DNA of 64,000 nucleotides from an uncultured Acidobacteriota bacterium. GTDB taxonomy: Bacteria; Acidobacteriota; Vicinamibacteria; Vicinamibacterales; CAVVIG01. The notes under the pieces are model-generated. The model saw only the letters and a program-made list of their open reading frames with translations. It was not told where the DNA came from and ran no database searches. Below, piece by piece: positions 40,770 to 50,438 of the stretch. Location of the stretch: positions 77,789-141,788 of the forward strand of contig CAVVPE010000021.1 in the NCBI GenBank assembly GCA_963750035.1. Direction: 5' to 3'. Position 1 is the stretch's first letter. Every line of letters begins with the position of its first letter. The position numbers were made by a program, and so were the translations under genes.

Positions 40770-43540
40770 CTACGGCAAATAGATCCCGTTGAACAGGAAC
40801 TTGAACGTGCCGTGCGGCTGCGCCCGCCAGGCGATTTCCGGCGCAAACAGCAGCACGCGTCCCTTTCCGACCTGGCGCATCGACGATCTGCACCGTCTGA
40901 TCCAGGTACTGCTGTCCCCACGCCCACCCGCTCTTGAGCGGTGACGGCCGATCCGAACCACGCCACCGGCGTCGACGCCCCGCGACGCGGCGTCCGGGAG
41001 CAGCCGGAACGACGGGCTGTCGTCGAAGAACACGTTGACGCGATCCGACAGGCCGTACGCGAGCGGATGCGACGTATCGACCCGCGCCTCGAGGATCGAG
41101 CCGGGGACGAAGAACTTCTCGGACGGCAACGGCGTCGAATCGCCCGCGGCGCCGCGCTCGACCAGCGCGTTGCGGATCGGCAGGCCCAGGTGATAGCCGA
41201 TCGCGGTCGAGGAACCGATCGCGATCAGCCGGCCGCCGGCCTCGACGAACTTGCGGAGTTCCGGCACCGTGCGCGAGACGGAGACGCTGCCGAGCCAGTC
41301 GCGGAATTCCGCGGGGATGCTTTCCGGCCGCGGCTGCCCGCCCCCGGTGCCGTCACGCATCGGGATGGCGCCGTCGACGAAGATGAGCACGTCGAACTTG
41401 CTCGCAAGGTTGCCTTCATCCAGCGTCTTTGGAAACACGACCTCGAATGGGAACTCGAACTGTTCGAGCAGCCACCGCGTCCAGCCCGACGGCATCGAGC
41501 CGCCATAGGTGTCCCACAAGCCAACCCGGACCGGACGTACAGGCACGGTCGCGCGATCGCCGGCCGGGACGCTGTCGAGCGCATCGATCGTCAGGCCTTT
41601 TTCCGCGGCGGCCTTTTGCAGGATGCCGCTCGTCGTCGCGTTCGCCGGCGCGATGATCGAACCGGCCGGATAGGAGCGACCGCCCGCGTTGAACGTCCGT
41701 GCGGCCCGCGACACGCCCTGGTTCGCCTTCAGCAGGCGGTTCACGGCCACGAAGGCATCGTTGACCTGCGCGCTGATGACGTAGGCGCCGCCCTGCGGTG
41801 CGGCGGTGAAGCGTCCCGGCGACGGCTTGATGACGTCGGCCACCTTCTCGAACGGGCCCTCGAAGCCGTCGAGGATGCGATCGAACACGATGCCCATCGA
41901 GTACGCGAGGTTGTAGCCGGTGACGTCATACGGCGCCCGCGGCGGGCCGCCCGGGTACGGGATGTCGTTCGGATGATCCTGCGGCTCGAACATGTCCATC
42001 ACGTGCGCGCGAAACGGCTGCGCCGCCTTCACCACGTACGACCCGGCCGGATACGTCTTGCCGCCGACCGTGAACGGCGCCGTCGCGCGGTGCACGGACG
42101 CGCCACCCTTGATGAGGATGTTGACGAACTTGGTGGCCGTCAGGAAGTCGGGCTGATCCGACGGAATGACGAACCCACGGGGATCGCGCGCGGACGGGTC
42201 GTGCAGCACGTCGTTGTAGAACGCCACCGGCGCGCCGCCGCGTCCGCTGCCGCCGTTCTGCTTGGCGATCGCGGCTCGCACATGCTCGAGGCGACTGCGG
42301 ATAGCATCGTCCAGTGATCGCGGCTGCCCGCGTCGATCGCGTTCTTCGCCATCCGGTACATGTTGAAGAGGAAGTCCTCTTTGCGCTCGGACGCGATGTC
42401 GAGGATGGCGTAGTTGGTCGTCATCGAGTACTCGATCGACTGCCGGAAGTGCCACGCCTGCGGCGCGATCGGGTTCGGCACGTCCGCGCGCCGCAGCTGC
42501 ATCTCCGGCACGAAGGGAATCTCGATCGGCGTCGGGTTGCCGATCATCTCCGTGAGGATGCCGATCTGGTTGTGGAAATACGACGTGGTCCGGATGCCGC
42601 CGTTGAACCACGTCGAGTAGCGGCGCCGCCGACCGCATCACGGCGCCCGGCTTGCCCTCGACCGCGAGCCGCGTGTGGATCGCCGCGCCGACGAGATCGA
42701 TGCCGAGCGGGATCAGCGGATCGAAGTGGTAGTTGAACGGATCGCGGAACGGCGGCGCGAACAGCACCGCGCCCGCCGGGCCCGGTCTGGTGATGGTTGT
42801 ACATGATGGCCGGGAACCACTCGCGGTACATCATCCGGTTCGCGTTCTCGCTCTCCGGCTGGTTCATCATGTAGAAGTCGCGGTTGTTGTCGTGGCCGAT
42901 GTACTTCTGGTACAGGCGCGGCAGGCCGCCGGTCGACCGGCGCGACTCGTCGGGCTCGCGCATGTACCAGTTCGACACGAGCTCCATCCCGTCGGGATTG
43001 ATGTAGGTCAGCAGCACGATGGCGTCGTTGAGGATGCGCGTGCGTCTCCGGGTCCGTGGCGCTATTCAGCCGGTAGGTCAGCTCGATGAGCTGCTGCGCG
43101 CCGAGCACCTCCGTCGCGTGCAGGCCGCCGTCGATCCAGACGACGACCTTGCCGTCGCGGGCGAGCTGTCGCGCCTGGTCGTCGGTGAGGCCGTCGGCCA
43201 GCGCCAGGCGGCGGTTCATCTCCTTGAACTGCGCCAGGCGCTTGTGATTCTCAGGCGACGTGACGATGGCGGTGTATTGCGTGCGCCCTTCGGCCGTCTT
43301 GCCGATCTCGACGACCGTCATGCGGTCGGACTCGCGGTCCACTTTCTGCAGGTACTCGACCCACTGCGTCCAGTTGACCAGGAAGTAGTCGTCGCCGATG
43401 TTCTTGCCGAATTGTTCCTTCGGCGTCGTGATCTTCGGCGCGTTCCGGCCCTGGGCGTGCGGCATCGCGACGAGCGCCGCGACGACGCACAGGACAGCTG
43501 TCGTGCGGACCTTCAGGTCCGCCTTGGTCGAGCTCGGCAC
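40770..43540 (-). pseudogene. Large secreted M14-family metallocarboxypeptidase-like protein (about 920 aa); at least 6 frame breaks
   Basis: MPSSTKADLKVRTTAVLCVVAALVAMPHAQG signal. M14 motifs WIDGGLHATEVLG (HxxE), YINPDGMELV and GHDNNRDF. Collinear pieces lie in ORFs 42713..43540, 42544..43017, 42140..42547, 40770..42767, 40604..40966 and 40669..40893. Junctions are near 43040, 42790, 42620, 42545, 42310, 40945 and 40900. Confidence 0.75.
43505..43522. repeat. GCGGACC-TTCA-GGTCCGC hairpin embedded in the first codons of the M14 gene
   Basis: Identical to the copy at 15575-15592. Here it translates (minus strand) as ADLKVRT within the signal-peptide n-region. Confidence 0.8.
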
Positions 43541-43578
43541 TTCATCGCACCCTCACGGGCGAGATTCTACGCGAATCC

Positions 43579-43666
43579 GTGCCGTTCGTCGTTCGCCCGG
43601 CACGCGCTCGTGCGTCGTTCGAACGACGAACGAGGGAGGAGGATACCACCCGAACGACGAACGGCG
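43579..43666. repeat. Repeat family 1, copy 2
   Basis: GTGCCGTTCGTCGTTCGCCCGGCAC ... CGTCGTTCGAACGACG (perfect palindrome) ... CCCGAACGACGAACGGCGC. Confidence 0.85.
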
Positions 43667-43674
43667 CGTTTCTC

Positions 43675-44660
43675 TTAGAGGATGCCGGTGAGCCAGTGCA
43701 TGACGTTCAGCGCGAACTGGCGGTTGTCGATGCCGTCCCGGTTCATGCCGAATCGACGGAAGGTGCCGTCGGGCAACCGGGTCGTCTGGGCGGTGATCAT
43801 CGCCGCTTCGCCGAGAATGACGACACGGCCGGCCCCGTGTTCGAGCGCAACGGCCTGCGCCAGCCCTGCCGCCGAACGCCCCTCGTGTTCCCGGGACCGG
43901 CGGAACGGATACTCGCGCGCCGTGCTCGACAGCGTCAGCAGCGCGGCGCCGGCGCCCGGCCGCAGCGCCTGGCCGGTGAACGTCATGACGCGATGCGACC
44001 TGTTCGCCAGGACTCCGGCCCAGCATGATCGGATGGTCGACCGGCAGGCCGGCCTCGCGCGTGAACACCAGGAACCCGGGGTTCGACGTCTCGGAGTCGT
44101 GATGCGCTCTCGTCCTCGGCCCACCAGTTCGTCATCTCGACGCCGAACGCGGCGGACAGGCCGGCGGCCGCCGCGCCAGCCGGCGCGTGATCGGCAACCA
44201 GAAGGAGCGATCCACCGGCGCGCACCCACGCCTCGACCTCGGCGACTTCTTCCGCGGAGATCGCCGCGCCCGTGCACGCGCACCAGGCGTTCGAGGCCGC
44301 CGGCATTCAGCGCCTGCTGCAGCATCCCCCGCCATCCGAGCGCGTTCGAGACGACGAGCACGACGCGGGCGTCGAAGCGGCTGGCGTAGCTATCGTGCGA
44401 GCGCCGCGGCCGACAGCTGCCCGCTGTTCCGCCGCACCCAGAAACCGTCGCGGCGAAGCAGATCGGCAAACGGCGCGTACGTGCCGGACACCGTGTGAAG
44501 GTTGTAGTGCGCCTCGTCGATCACCACCTGCGGCCGCCCGCGCCCGGTGAACGCCGGCGAGCCGACATGACGGCACGTACGATGCGTCGGCCGCCTGCGA
44601 CGCCGCGACCGCCCACACGACCCCCGCCACGACCAGCACCACCCCGCCGCCGAACATCAC
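43675..44660 (-). pseudogene. Hypothetical exported protein (possibly DUF4350-like); at least 4 frame breaks
   Basis: Collinear protein-like pieces occur in three frames: MMFGGGVVLVVAGVVWAVAASQAADA; VVIDEAHYNLHTVSGTYAPFADLLRRDGFWV (deduced); HDSYASRFDARVVLVVSNALGWRGMLQQALN; ISAEEVAEVEAWVRAGGSLLLVADHAPAGAAAAGLSAAFGVEMTNWWAEDES; FTREAGLPVDHPIML; VMTFTGQAL...GAGRVVILGEAAMITAQ...GIDNRQFALNVMHWLTGIL*. The family assignment is tentative. Confidence 0.4.
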
Positions 44661-44741
44661 TGTCGTCTCGTCCCGCTCTCGTCACTCAGCGCCAGCGCAC
44701 TCGTAGTGTCCGCACCCTGCAGGCGGCACCAGGATTCAGGC

Positions 44742-44770
44742 TTGACGAGTATATCCGTTACGGATACATT
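44742..44770 (+). promoter_or_regulatory. Putative sigma70-type promoter with a palindromic operator upstream of the second PadR
   Basis: TTGACG (44742-44747), 17 nt, TACATT (44765-44770). The palindrome TATCCGT-T-ACGGATA (44752-44766) fills the spacer. The GTG start at 44789 leaves a very short leader. Confidence 0.5.
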
Positions 44771-44788
44771 TGCCACGGTTATAGACCG

Positions 44789-45130
44789 GTGACCTCGCTG
44801 ATTCCGCTGACGCCTGCCGTGCTCCACGTCCTTCTGGCCCTGGCCGAGGGCCAGCGGCATGGCTACGCCATCCTCAAGGACGTCGAGCGGCAGACCGACG
44901 GCGCGGTGCGGATGGGCCCGGGCACGCTGTACGGCACGCTGCAGCGCCTGATGGAACAGGGGCTCGTCGAAGAAGCGGCCGGGCCGGCGCGGCCGGTCGA
45001 CGAGCGGCGCCGGTACTACCAGCTGACCAAGTCCGGCCGCGCGGCGCTCAAGGTGGAAGTCGAACGGATGGAAACGCTCGTCCGCACCGCCCGCGCGCGG
45101 CGGGTGGCGGCGCGGCCGTCCCGCGGTTGA
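44789..45130 (+). CDS. PadR-family transcriptional regulator
   Basis: LTPAVLHVLLALAEGQRHGYAILKDVERQTDGAVRMGPGTLYGTLQRLMEQGLVEE...RRYYQLTKSGRAAL. The start is taken at the in-frame GTG at 44789, just downstream of the promoter. Confidence 0.8.
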   Translation: MTSLIPLTPAVLHVLLALAEGQRHGYAILKDVERQTDGAVRMGPGTLYGTLQRLMEQGLVEEAAGPARPVDERRRYYQLTKSGRAALKVEVERMETLVRTARARRVAARPSRG

Positions 45131-45143
45131 TCGGAGGTCTCAG

Positions 45144-45596
45144 ATGGTGGCGCGATCGTCCGTCGCTGACGTCATCTACCGCGCGATCCTGCGCCTCTAC
45201 CCTGCCCGTTTCCAGGAAGACTTCGCGTCCGACATGGCGCTCGACTTCGCCGACGCGAGCAACGAGGCGTGGATCGAGCGCCGGTGGACCGGCTTGATCG
45301 GCGTGTGGACCGGCAGTGCCGTCGACGTCGCGCGCAGCCTGACCCTGCAGTGGATGCGCACGCACGTCCCGCTGATTTCCATCGTCTCGATCGCCATTGC
45401 CTTCTCCACGGCGGCCATCGCGCAGACCATCACGCCAAAGGGACCGTTTTTCGCGAACGTCAATCCGCATGATCGCGAGCTGGTCACGCTGATCCTGCTC
45501 ACCGCCTGCGTGCTCCTCGTCATCGCCAGCACGATCATCTTCACGCACTGGTTCCTGCGTCCCCTGCTCTACCGCGGCAGCTCGCGAAGACGCTGA
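45144..45596 (+). CDS. Membrane protein with a PadR-associated permease-prefix-like N-terminus
   Basis: GGAGG RBS. IYRAILRLYPARFQEDFASDMALDF resembles the N-terminal prefix of PadR-linked permeases. Two TM segments follow. Confidence 0.6.
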   Translation: MVARSSVADVIYRAILRLYPARFQEDFASDMALDFADASNEAWIERRWTGLIGVWTGSAVDVARSLTLQWMRTHVPLISIVSIAIAFSTAAIAQTITPKGPFFANVNPHDRELVTLILLTACVLLVIASTIIFTHWFLRPLLYRGSSRRR

Positions 45597-45608
45597 GCTG
45601 AAGGTTCG

Positions 45609-46373
45609 ATGCTCGAGGCCCGCGCGCTCACGAAACGATATGGAGGATTCCTCGCGGTCGATCGCGTGAACTTCACGATCCAGCGGGGCGAAATCCTCGG
45701 TTATCTCGGACCCAATGGATCGGGCAAGAGCACCACGGTCAACATGGTCGTCGGGCTGCTGGATTCGACCAGCGGATCGATCGCGCTCGACGGGCGCACG
45801 CTCGGCGAGGATCCGGTGGCCTACAAGCGCCGGATCGGCTACGTCCCGGAAGAGCCCTACCTCTACACGCAGCTCACGGCCGGCGAGTACCTGACGCTCG
45901 CCGGCACGCTTCGGGGCCTGCCGCCGACGCTCCTGGCGCACAAGATCGACCGGCTGCTCCGGCTGTTCCTCCTGCACGACAGCCGCTACGCCGCGATGTC
46001 GGCGTACTCGAAAGGCATGCGCCAGCGCGTGCTGCTCGCGGCCGCGCTGCTGCACGATCCGGATCTGCTGGTCCTCGACGAGCCGTTTTCGGGCCTCGAC
46101 GTCACCGCGGGGCTGCTCTTCCGCGCGCTGCTCACGCTGCTGTCGGCCGAAGGACGCATGGTGCTCTTCAGTTCGCACCGGCTGGACGTGGTGCAACGGG
46201 TCTGCTCTCGTGTCGTGATTCTTTCCCACGGGCGCATCGTCGCCGAGGAAGACGTGCGCCGGCTCGGCGACGACACGGCGCAGTCGCTGGAGGAGGTGTT
46301 CGTCGCCGTCACCGCGCGCGACGATTACTCGGCGCTGGCGCGCGAGATATTCGACGTGGTCCGCACGGCATGA
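45609..46373 (+). CDS. ABC transporter ATP-binding protein
   Basis: Walker A GPNGSGKST, signature-like YSKGMRQRV, and Walker B LLVLDEPFSGLD. Intact, with an ATGA overlap with the permease gene. Confidence 0.9.
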   Translation: MLEARALTKRYGGFLAVDRVNFTIQRGEILGYLGPNGSGKSTTVNMVVGLLDSTSGSIALDGRTLGEDPVAYKRRIGYVPEEPYLYTQLTAGEYLTLAGTLRGLPPTLLAHKIDRLLRLFLLHDSRYAAMSAYSKGMRQRVLLAAALLHDPDLLVLDEPFSGLDVTAGLLFRALLTLLSAEGRMVLFSSHRLDVVQRVCSRVVILSHGRIVAEEDVRRLGDDTAQSLEEVFVAVTARDDYSALAREIFDVVRTA

Positions 46374-48057
46374 CCGACGCCGAGAGAGCGCTGACGCGCC
46401 ATTTCGTCCATCACTTCCTCGACGTCGGCTTCATGACGAGCGACGGCTCGGATGGCGTGCGCCGCGCGTTGCTGGGCGCGATGTCGGCGGTCATTACGAT
46501 CGGCCTGTTCCTTCCCCGGTTGATGCTCGGGAAATACGCCGGCATCCGCGGCATTCCGGAGGTGTATGTCGCGATGGTGATCGGCGACACGCTGATGACG
46601 TTCGGCTTCGCCATGCTCCTGTCCGCCTTTGCCGCGGCGTTCGCCGGCGATTCGATGTTCCCCGACGAGACCGACTTCCGCGTGCTGACGCCGCTGCCGG
46701 TCAGCCGGGCGTTCGTGTTCTCGGCGAAGCTGCGCGCCGTCGCGATGTACCTCGGCCTGGCGATCGTCGTCGCCTCGCTGGCGTTGCAGGTGCCGTACAC
46801 GGCGATCAGCGGCGGCCCGCACGCCGACGGCCCCTGGGTGGCCCGCGCCCTCGTGAATTCAGGTATCAGCATGCTGGCGTCGCTCTTCGCGGCGACCGCC
46901 GTGATGGCGGTCCAGGGCCTGATCGTCCTGTGCGCGCCCCGCGGCCTGTTGCGGCCGATGGCCGTCGGCGCGCGCACGACCATGTTGTGCGGCGTCATCC
47001 TGCTGCATGCCGCTGGCCGGCCGCTTGCCCAGCCAGGCACGAGGATTCGGCGCCGAATCGGCTTTCTTGTATCTCGCGCCGCCAGCGTGGTTCGTCGGCC
47101 TGCAGCGCGCGGCACTTGGCGCGGCCGACGGCTACGACATCAGGATGGCGCATCATCGCCCTGGCGGCCCTGGCCCTGACATCTGCGATCGTGGCGGCCT
47201 GCTATCTGGTGTTGTACCGGCGTTTCGACGTGCTGATGCTGAGTCAGAGCCACGCGGCGGGTGTCCGAGCGCGTCGAGAGGTCCGCGTCAAGCCGGACGC
47301 GACGACCTTGACGGGCGTGGTCGCGCGCTTTTCCACCAGGACACTCTGGCGGAGTCCGCTGCACCAGGTCGTCTTCCTCGGAGTCACCGCTTGCGGCGTC
47401 GGATGGAGCCTCAACGGGCTGCTGGGCGGCGGCCTTCTGAGCTGGCTGCGTGACGGCGGCGTACCGTCGCCGCGGCTGGTCTCGGCGGTCACGACGATGC
47501 CGTTCGTCCTGCTGTTGGCCGGCGTCACGGGCCTGCGCGCCGCGCTGATGCTGCCCCAGGATCCCCGCGCCAATTGGATCTTCCGCCTGCGCGAAAACGA
47601 CGAGCATCGCGCGGCGCAACTGGACGCAGTCGAACGCCTCTTCATGCGACTGGTGGTCTGGCCGGTTCTGGTCGGCAGCCTTCCGCTGCAGTGGGCGGTG
47701 CTGGGCGCCGATGCCGTGACGGCGCTGCCGATTGCCTATCTGGCCGGTGTCTTTCTCGTCGAGATCGTGATCCGCACCTGGCGGCGGATCCCGTTCACAT
47801 GCGGCTATATTCCCGGTAAGCGGAACATCGCGCTGACGTTCCTGATCGCACTGGTCTCGTACGTGTTCTTCACGACAATCGGCGCAGGGCTGGCCTCGCT
47901 CAGCCGCTTCCATCCATCCCGCTTCCTGATTGCGGCCGGAATCCTGATGATCGCCGTCGCCCTCCTGCGCCGCCACCGCCTGCGCGAGTGGGGCCAGTCA
48001 CCCCTGATGTTCGACGACGACCCACCGGAATTCGCTCAACCGCTGCAGCTACTCTGA
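46370..48057 (+). CDS. Large polytopic ABC-associated permease-like membrane protein, two frameshifts
   Basis: Pieces lie in ORFs 46370..47179, 47007..47453 (MPLAGRLPSQARGFGAESAFLYLAPPAWFVGLQRAALGAADGYD) and 46930..48057 (...IIALAALALTSAIVAACYLVLYRRF...). There are +1 steps near 47005 and 47150. Confidence 0.65.
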
Positions 48058-48060
48058 CTG

Positions 48061-48098
48061 CCTCTGCGCCTCTGCGCCTCTGCGTCCCTCTGCGTCCT
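48061..48098. repeat. Tandem CCTCTGCG x3 plus variants between convergent genes
   Basis: The sequence CCTCTGCGCCTCTGCGCCTCTGCGTCCCTCTGCGTCCT follows directly after the permease stop. Confidence 0.85.
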
Positions 48099-48459
48099 CT
48101 ACAGCTCTTCTCCCTCGATGTCGTCGTCACCGACGTCGACCACGACGCCGTGCAGGTCGACCCTGAAACCATTCCCTGAAGGTCTTCAGGTCACGCGATT
48201 TCGGCCACGCCGATTCGTCCTCGGTCCACGCCGAGAGCTGGGACTCGAAGAGGACCGCGAAGTTGTCCTCCACCCACTCGAGCAGATCCTCTTCCTCAAT
48301 GCCTTCCGGCAGCAGGTACGCGGATCCGAACGGCTTCGCGCGGGGGACTGAAACACTGAGTTCCTTGGCCGGCGCGAACGCCGCGTCGCGCGCACGCGTC
48401 CACGCGAGGTAGGGTTCCGCGCCGACGACGGTGACGGCTGTTCGATTGATCAGACGCAT
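48099..48459 (-). CDS. Hypothetical protein (about 119 aa), one frameshift
   Basis: MRLINRTAVTVVGAEPYLAWTRARDAAFAPAKELSVSVPRAKPFGSAYLLPEGIEEEDLLEWVEDNFAVLFESQLSAWTEDESAWPKSRDLKTFREWF is followed, after a frame change near 48165, by VDLHGVVVDVGDDDIEGEEL*. No family was recognised. Confidence 0.45.
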
Positions 48460-48463
48460 GCGG

Positions 48464-48556
48464 GAGCTAAAAAGCTGAGGAGCTGAGGAGCTAAGGAACT
48501 GTGGAACTTCAGTTCCTCAGCTCCTCAGTTCCTCAGTTCCTCAGTTCGATAGTTCC
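48464..48556. repeat. Long imperfect palindrome built from GCTGAGGAG / CTCCTCAGC-type units
   Basis: GAGCTAAAAAGCTGAGGAGCTGAGGAGCTAAGGAACTG-tgg-AACTTCAGTTCCTCAGCTCCTCAGTTCCTCAGTTCCTCAG. It lies between the BON gene stop and the start of the 48099..48459 gene. Confidence 0.85.
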
Positions 48557-49764
48557 TTAGTGCCCTGCTTCGACCTTCAAGCTGTTCACGACTTTCGAGA
48601 CGCCGTCAGTATCCTGCGCAATCACTTCCGCTGCGCGCCTGGCCACATCGGACGGCACCGAGCCCTTCAGCGTGACGACGCCGTTCTTCGTGTCGACGTC
48701 GACCTTGCGCGACTTGATCTCGTCGTGGATGAAGTACTTCGACTGGATCTTCATCGTAATCCACGCGTCGTCGACCGGGTTGTCGGCCCGGCTGCGTGCC
48801 GTCGGGCTCGCGCATTGCCGCCGCGGTCGACCACCAGGTTGTCGTGCACCATCGTAACCCCGTCGGTCGACCGCGCGAGCGACACGGCCTGCTGGCGCTC
48901 GCCTTCGCTCTCGACCGAGCCCTTCAGGTTCACCATGCCGTCCTTCGTGTCGACGTTGATGTTCCGGGCACGCACGTCGTCGTCCAGGAAGTACTTCGAC
49001 TGAATCTTCATCGTGATCCAGCTGTCGTCGATGGCCGCGGCTGCCGAACGGCGCCGCGTTGCGCGCGTCGTCCTTGATCTCCCTGGCGTCGTTCTTCACC
49101 GCGGTCGTGTCCTTGACGGCCCCTGTCGTCGCCACGCCCTGCGGCTGCGACGCGCATGTTGTCGGTGACGTTGGTGACGCCCTCGGTTCCGCGCGCGATG
49201 CGCACCGCCTCGGCCCGATCGGTATCCGAATCGACCGTACCGCTCAGCGTCACGGCGCCCGACGAAGCGGTGTCGACATCGATGCGCCAGGGCTTCAGCT
49301 CGGGGTTCAGGTAGGTACTGGGACTGAATCTTCGCGGTGATCCACGCGGGCGTCCGGCCGTTGCGGCCCGGCGCCGCGCTGTCCTGCGTGTGATGACGCT
49401 GGGCGTCGGAAGCGCCGACGTCAGCCGGCCGGACGAGCAGCTTGTTCTCGACACGCGCGACGCCGTCGACGCCTTTCGCGATCTCGCCGGCAGCCTTGCG
49501 CTGGGCGTCGCTGTCGACCGTGCCTTCGAGGGTCACTACGCCGTCCTTGGTGTCGACGTCGATCCGATGCGCCTTGACGTCGGGCGACGCGAAGTACTTG
49601 GCCTGGACTCGCGCCGTGATCAGCGGATCGCTATGCTCCCGCTCCGGTGCGGTTGCCGTCTTGTCCGCATCAGGCGCGATGTTGTCGACTCGCGGCGTCC
49701 GATCGCATCCCGCGAGCACGAGCGTCGCGAGCGCCGCAGCGCAGCCGTAAACACGCAATCTCAT
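48557..49764 (-). pseudogene. Lipoprotein with four BON domains (OsmY-like); 4 frame breaks
   Basis: MRLRVYGCAAALATLVLAGC lipobox. The four BON units are ITARVQAKYFASPDVKAHRIDVDTKDGVVTLEGTVDS, WITAKIQSQYL/LNPELKPWRIDVDTASSGAVTLSGTVDS, WITMKIQSKYFLDDDVRARNINVDTKDGMVNLKGSVES and WITMKIQSKYFIHDEIKSRKVDVDTKNGVVTLKGSVPS. Junctions are near 49325, 49140, 49020 and 48800. Confidence 0.8.
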
Positions 49765-49825
49765 GTGTTTCCTCCCTGCGCACATGAGATGTGCAAGAGC
49801 GCGGCCCAAACGCAGTGAACAGCTC

Positions 49826-49873
49826 AGCCGTTCGTCGTTCGCGGCTCTCGCACCCGTTCGTCGTTCGTCGGCA
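49826..49873. repeat. Repeat family 1, copy 3 (two direct CCGTTCGTCGTTCG cores)
   Basis: CCGTTCGTCGTTCG at 49828-49841 and CCGTTCGTCGTTCGTCGGC at 49854-49872. Confidence 0.85.
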
Positions 49874-49940
49874 CTCTGCACGTGGCGCGGCGGCCCGCGA
49901 CCCGAAGCGCAGCTATCTAACCAGCTAGCTGACCTGTCAT

Positions 49941-49996
49941 CGCGAGCGAGCGCGCGAGAGAGCGTGTAGGGAGTCCGAGGGGCGACAGCCCCTCGG
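49941..49996. repeat. Repeat family 2, short inverted copy
   Basis: The reverse complement reads CCGAGGGGCTGTCGCCCCTCGGACTCCCTACACGCTCTCTCGCGCGCTCGCTCGCG. It matches the 5' part of the copies at 25706 and 59451. Confidence 0.85.
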
Positions 49997-50289
49997 ATAC
50001 GATTAATGACCCCGTACACCGTACCCCGCTTGCGGAGGCTGTCGGCGAGCATGACCTCCATCGCCTTCGCGCGGGCGTAGGGCATCGGGTTGAGGTGCGC
50101 GTAGAGCTTCGGCACGAGCCGGATCCCGAATTTCCTCACGACGCGCGCCGCCTTGATCCCGTTGCGGTGGTTCTCGAACCGCTGCTCCGGCGAGAGGCCG
50201 GTCATGCCGACGTAGTAACCGGCCTTGCCGTCACCCTTCGGGTTCCGCAGGTACACCACGTAGACCGAATGATGCCCGCGCTTTGCCAC
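49996..50289 (-). CDS. Small GIY-YIG nuclease-superfamily protein (about 98 aa); both ends abut repeats, no in-frame stop
   Basis: From the GTG at 50289: VAKRGHHSVYVVYLRNPKGDGKAGYYVGMTGLSPEQRFENHRNGIKAARVVRKFGIRLVPKLYAHLNPMPYARAKAMEVMLADSLRKRGTVYGVINRI. It fits the GIY (VYVVY) ... YIG (YYVGMT) ... R ... H/N ... E layout. The listed 442-aa ORF runs from repeat-derived codons upstream, through both downstream repeats, into the BON gene. An out-of-frame TAA lies near 50003. Confidence 0.5.
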
Positions 50290-50341
50290 GTTCGGTTTCT
50301 CGTCGCTCGAGGCGCGCGGCTTTAGCTCGGCTTTTCGCCCC

Positions 50342-50400
50342 GCCGTTCGAGGTTCGAGCCGTCTCCGCGCCGAACGTTCGAACGTTCGAACGACGAACGG
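50342..50400. repeat. Repeat family 1, copy 4 (inverted relative to copy 3)
   Basis: GCCGTTCGAGGTTCGAGCCG ... CGAACGTTCGAACGTTCGAACGACGAACGG. The core CGAACGACGAACGG lies at 50387-50400. Confidence 0.85.
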
Positions 50401-50438
50401 TTTTAAGAGTAGAATCCTCCGCACCTGGGGGTGTCGGG

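Noticed and set aside
43600-43640. tRNA-like TTCGAA-containing segments (43610, 50370) and a general search for tRNA/rRNA
   Set aside because: The TTCGAA strings are the centres of family-1 palindromes. No cloverleaf-sized segment with acceptor and T-arm features, and no rRNA-like conserved tracts, were seen in any intergenic gap.
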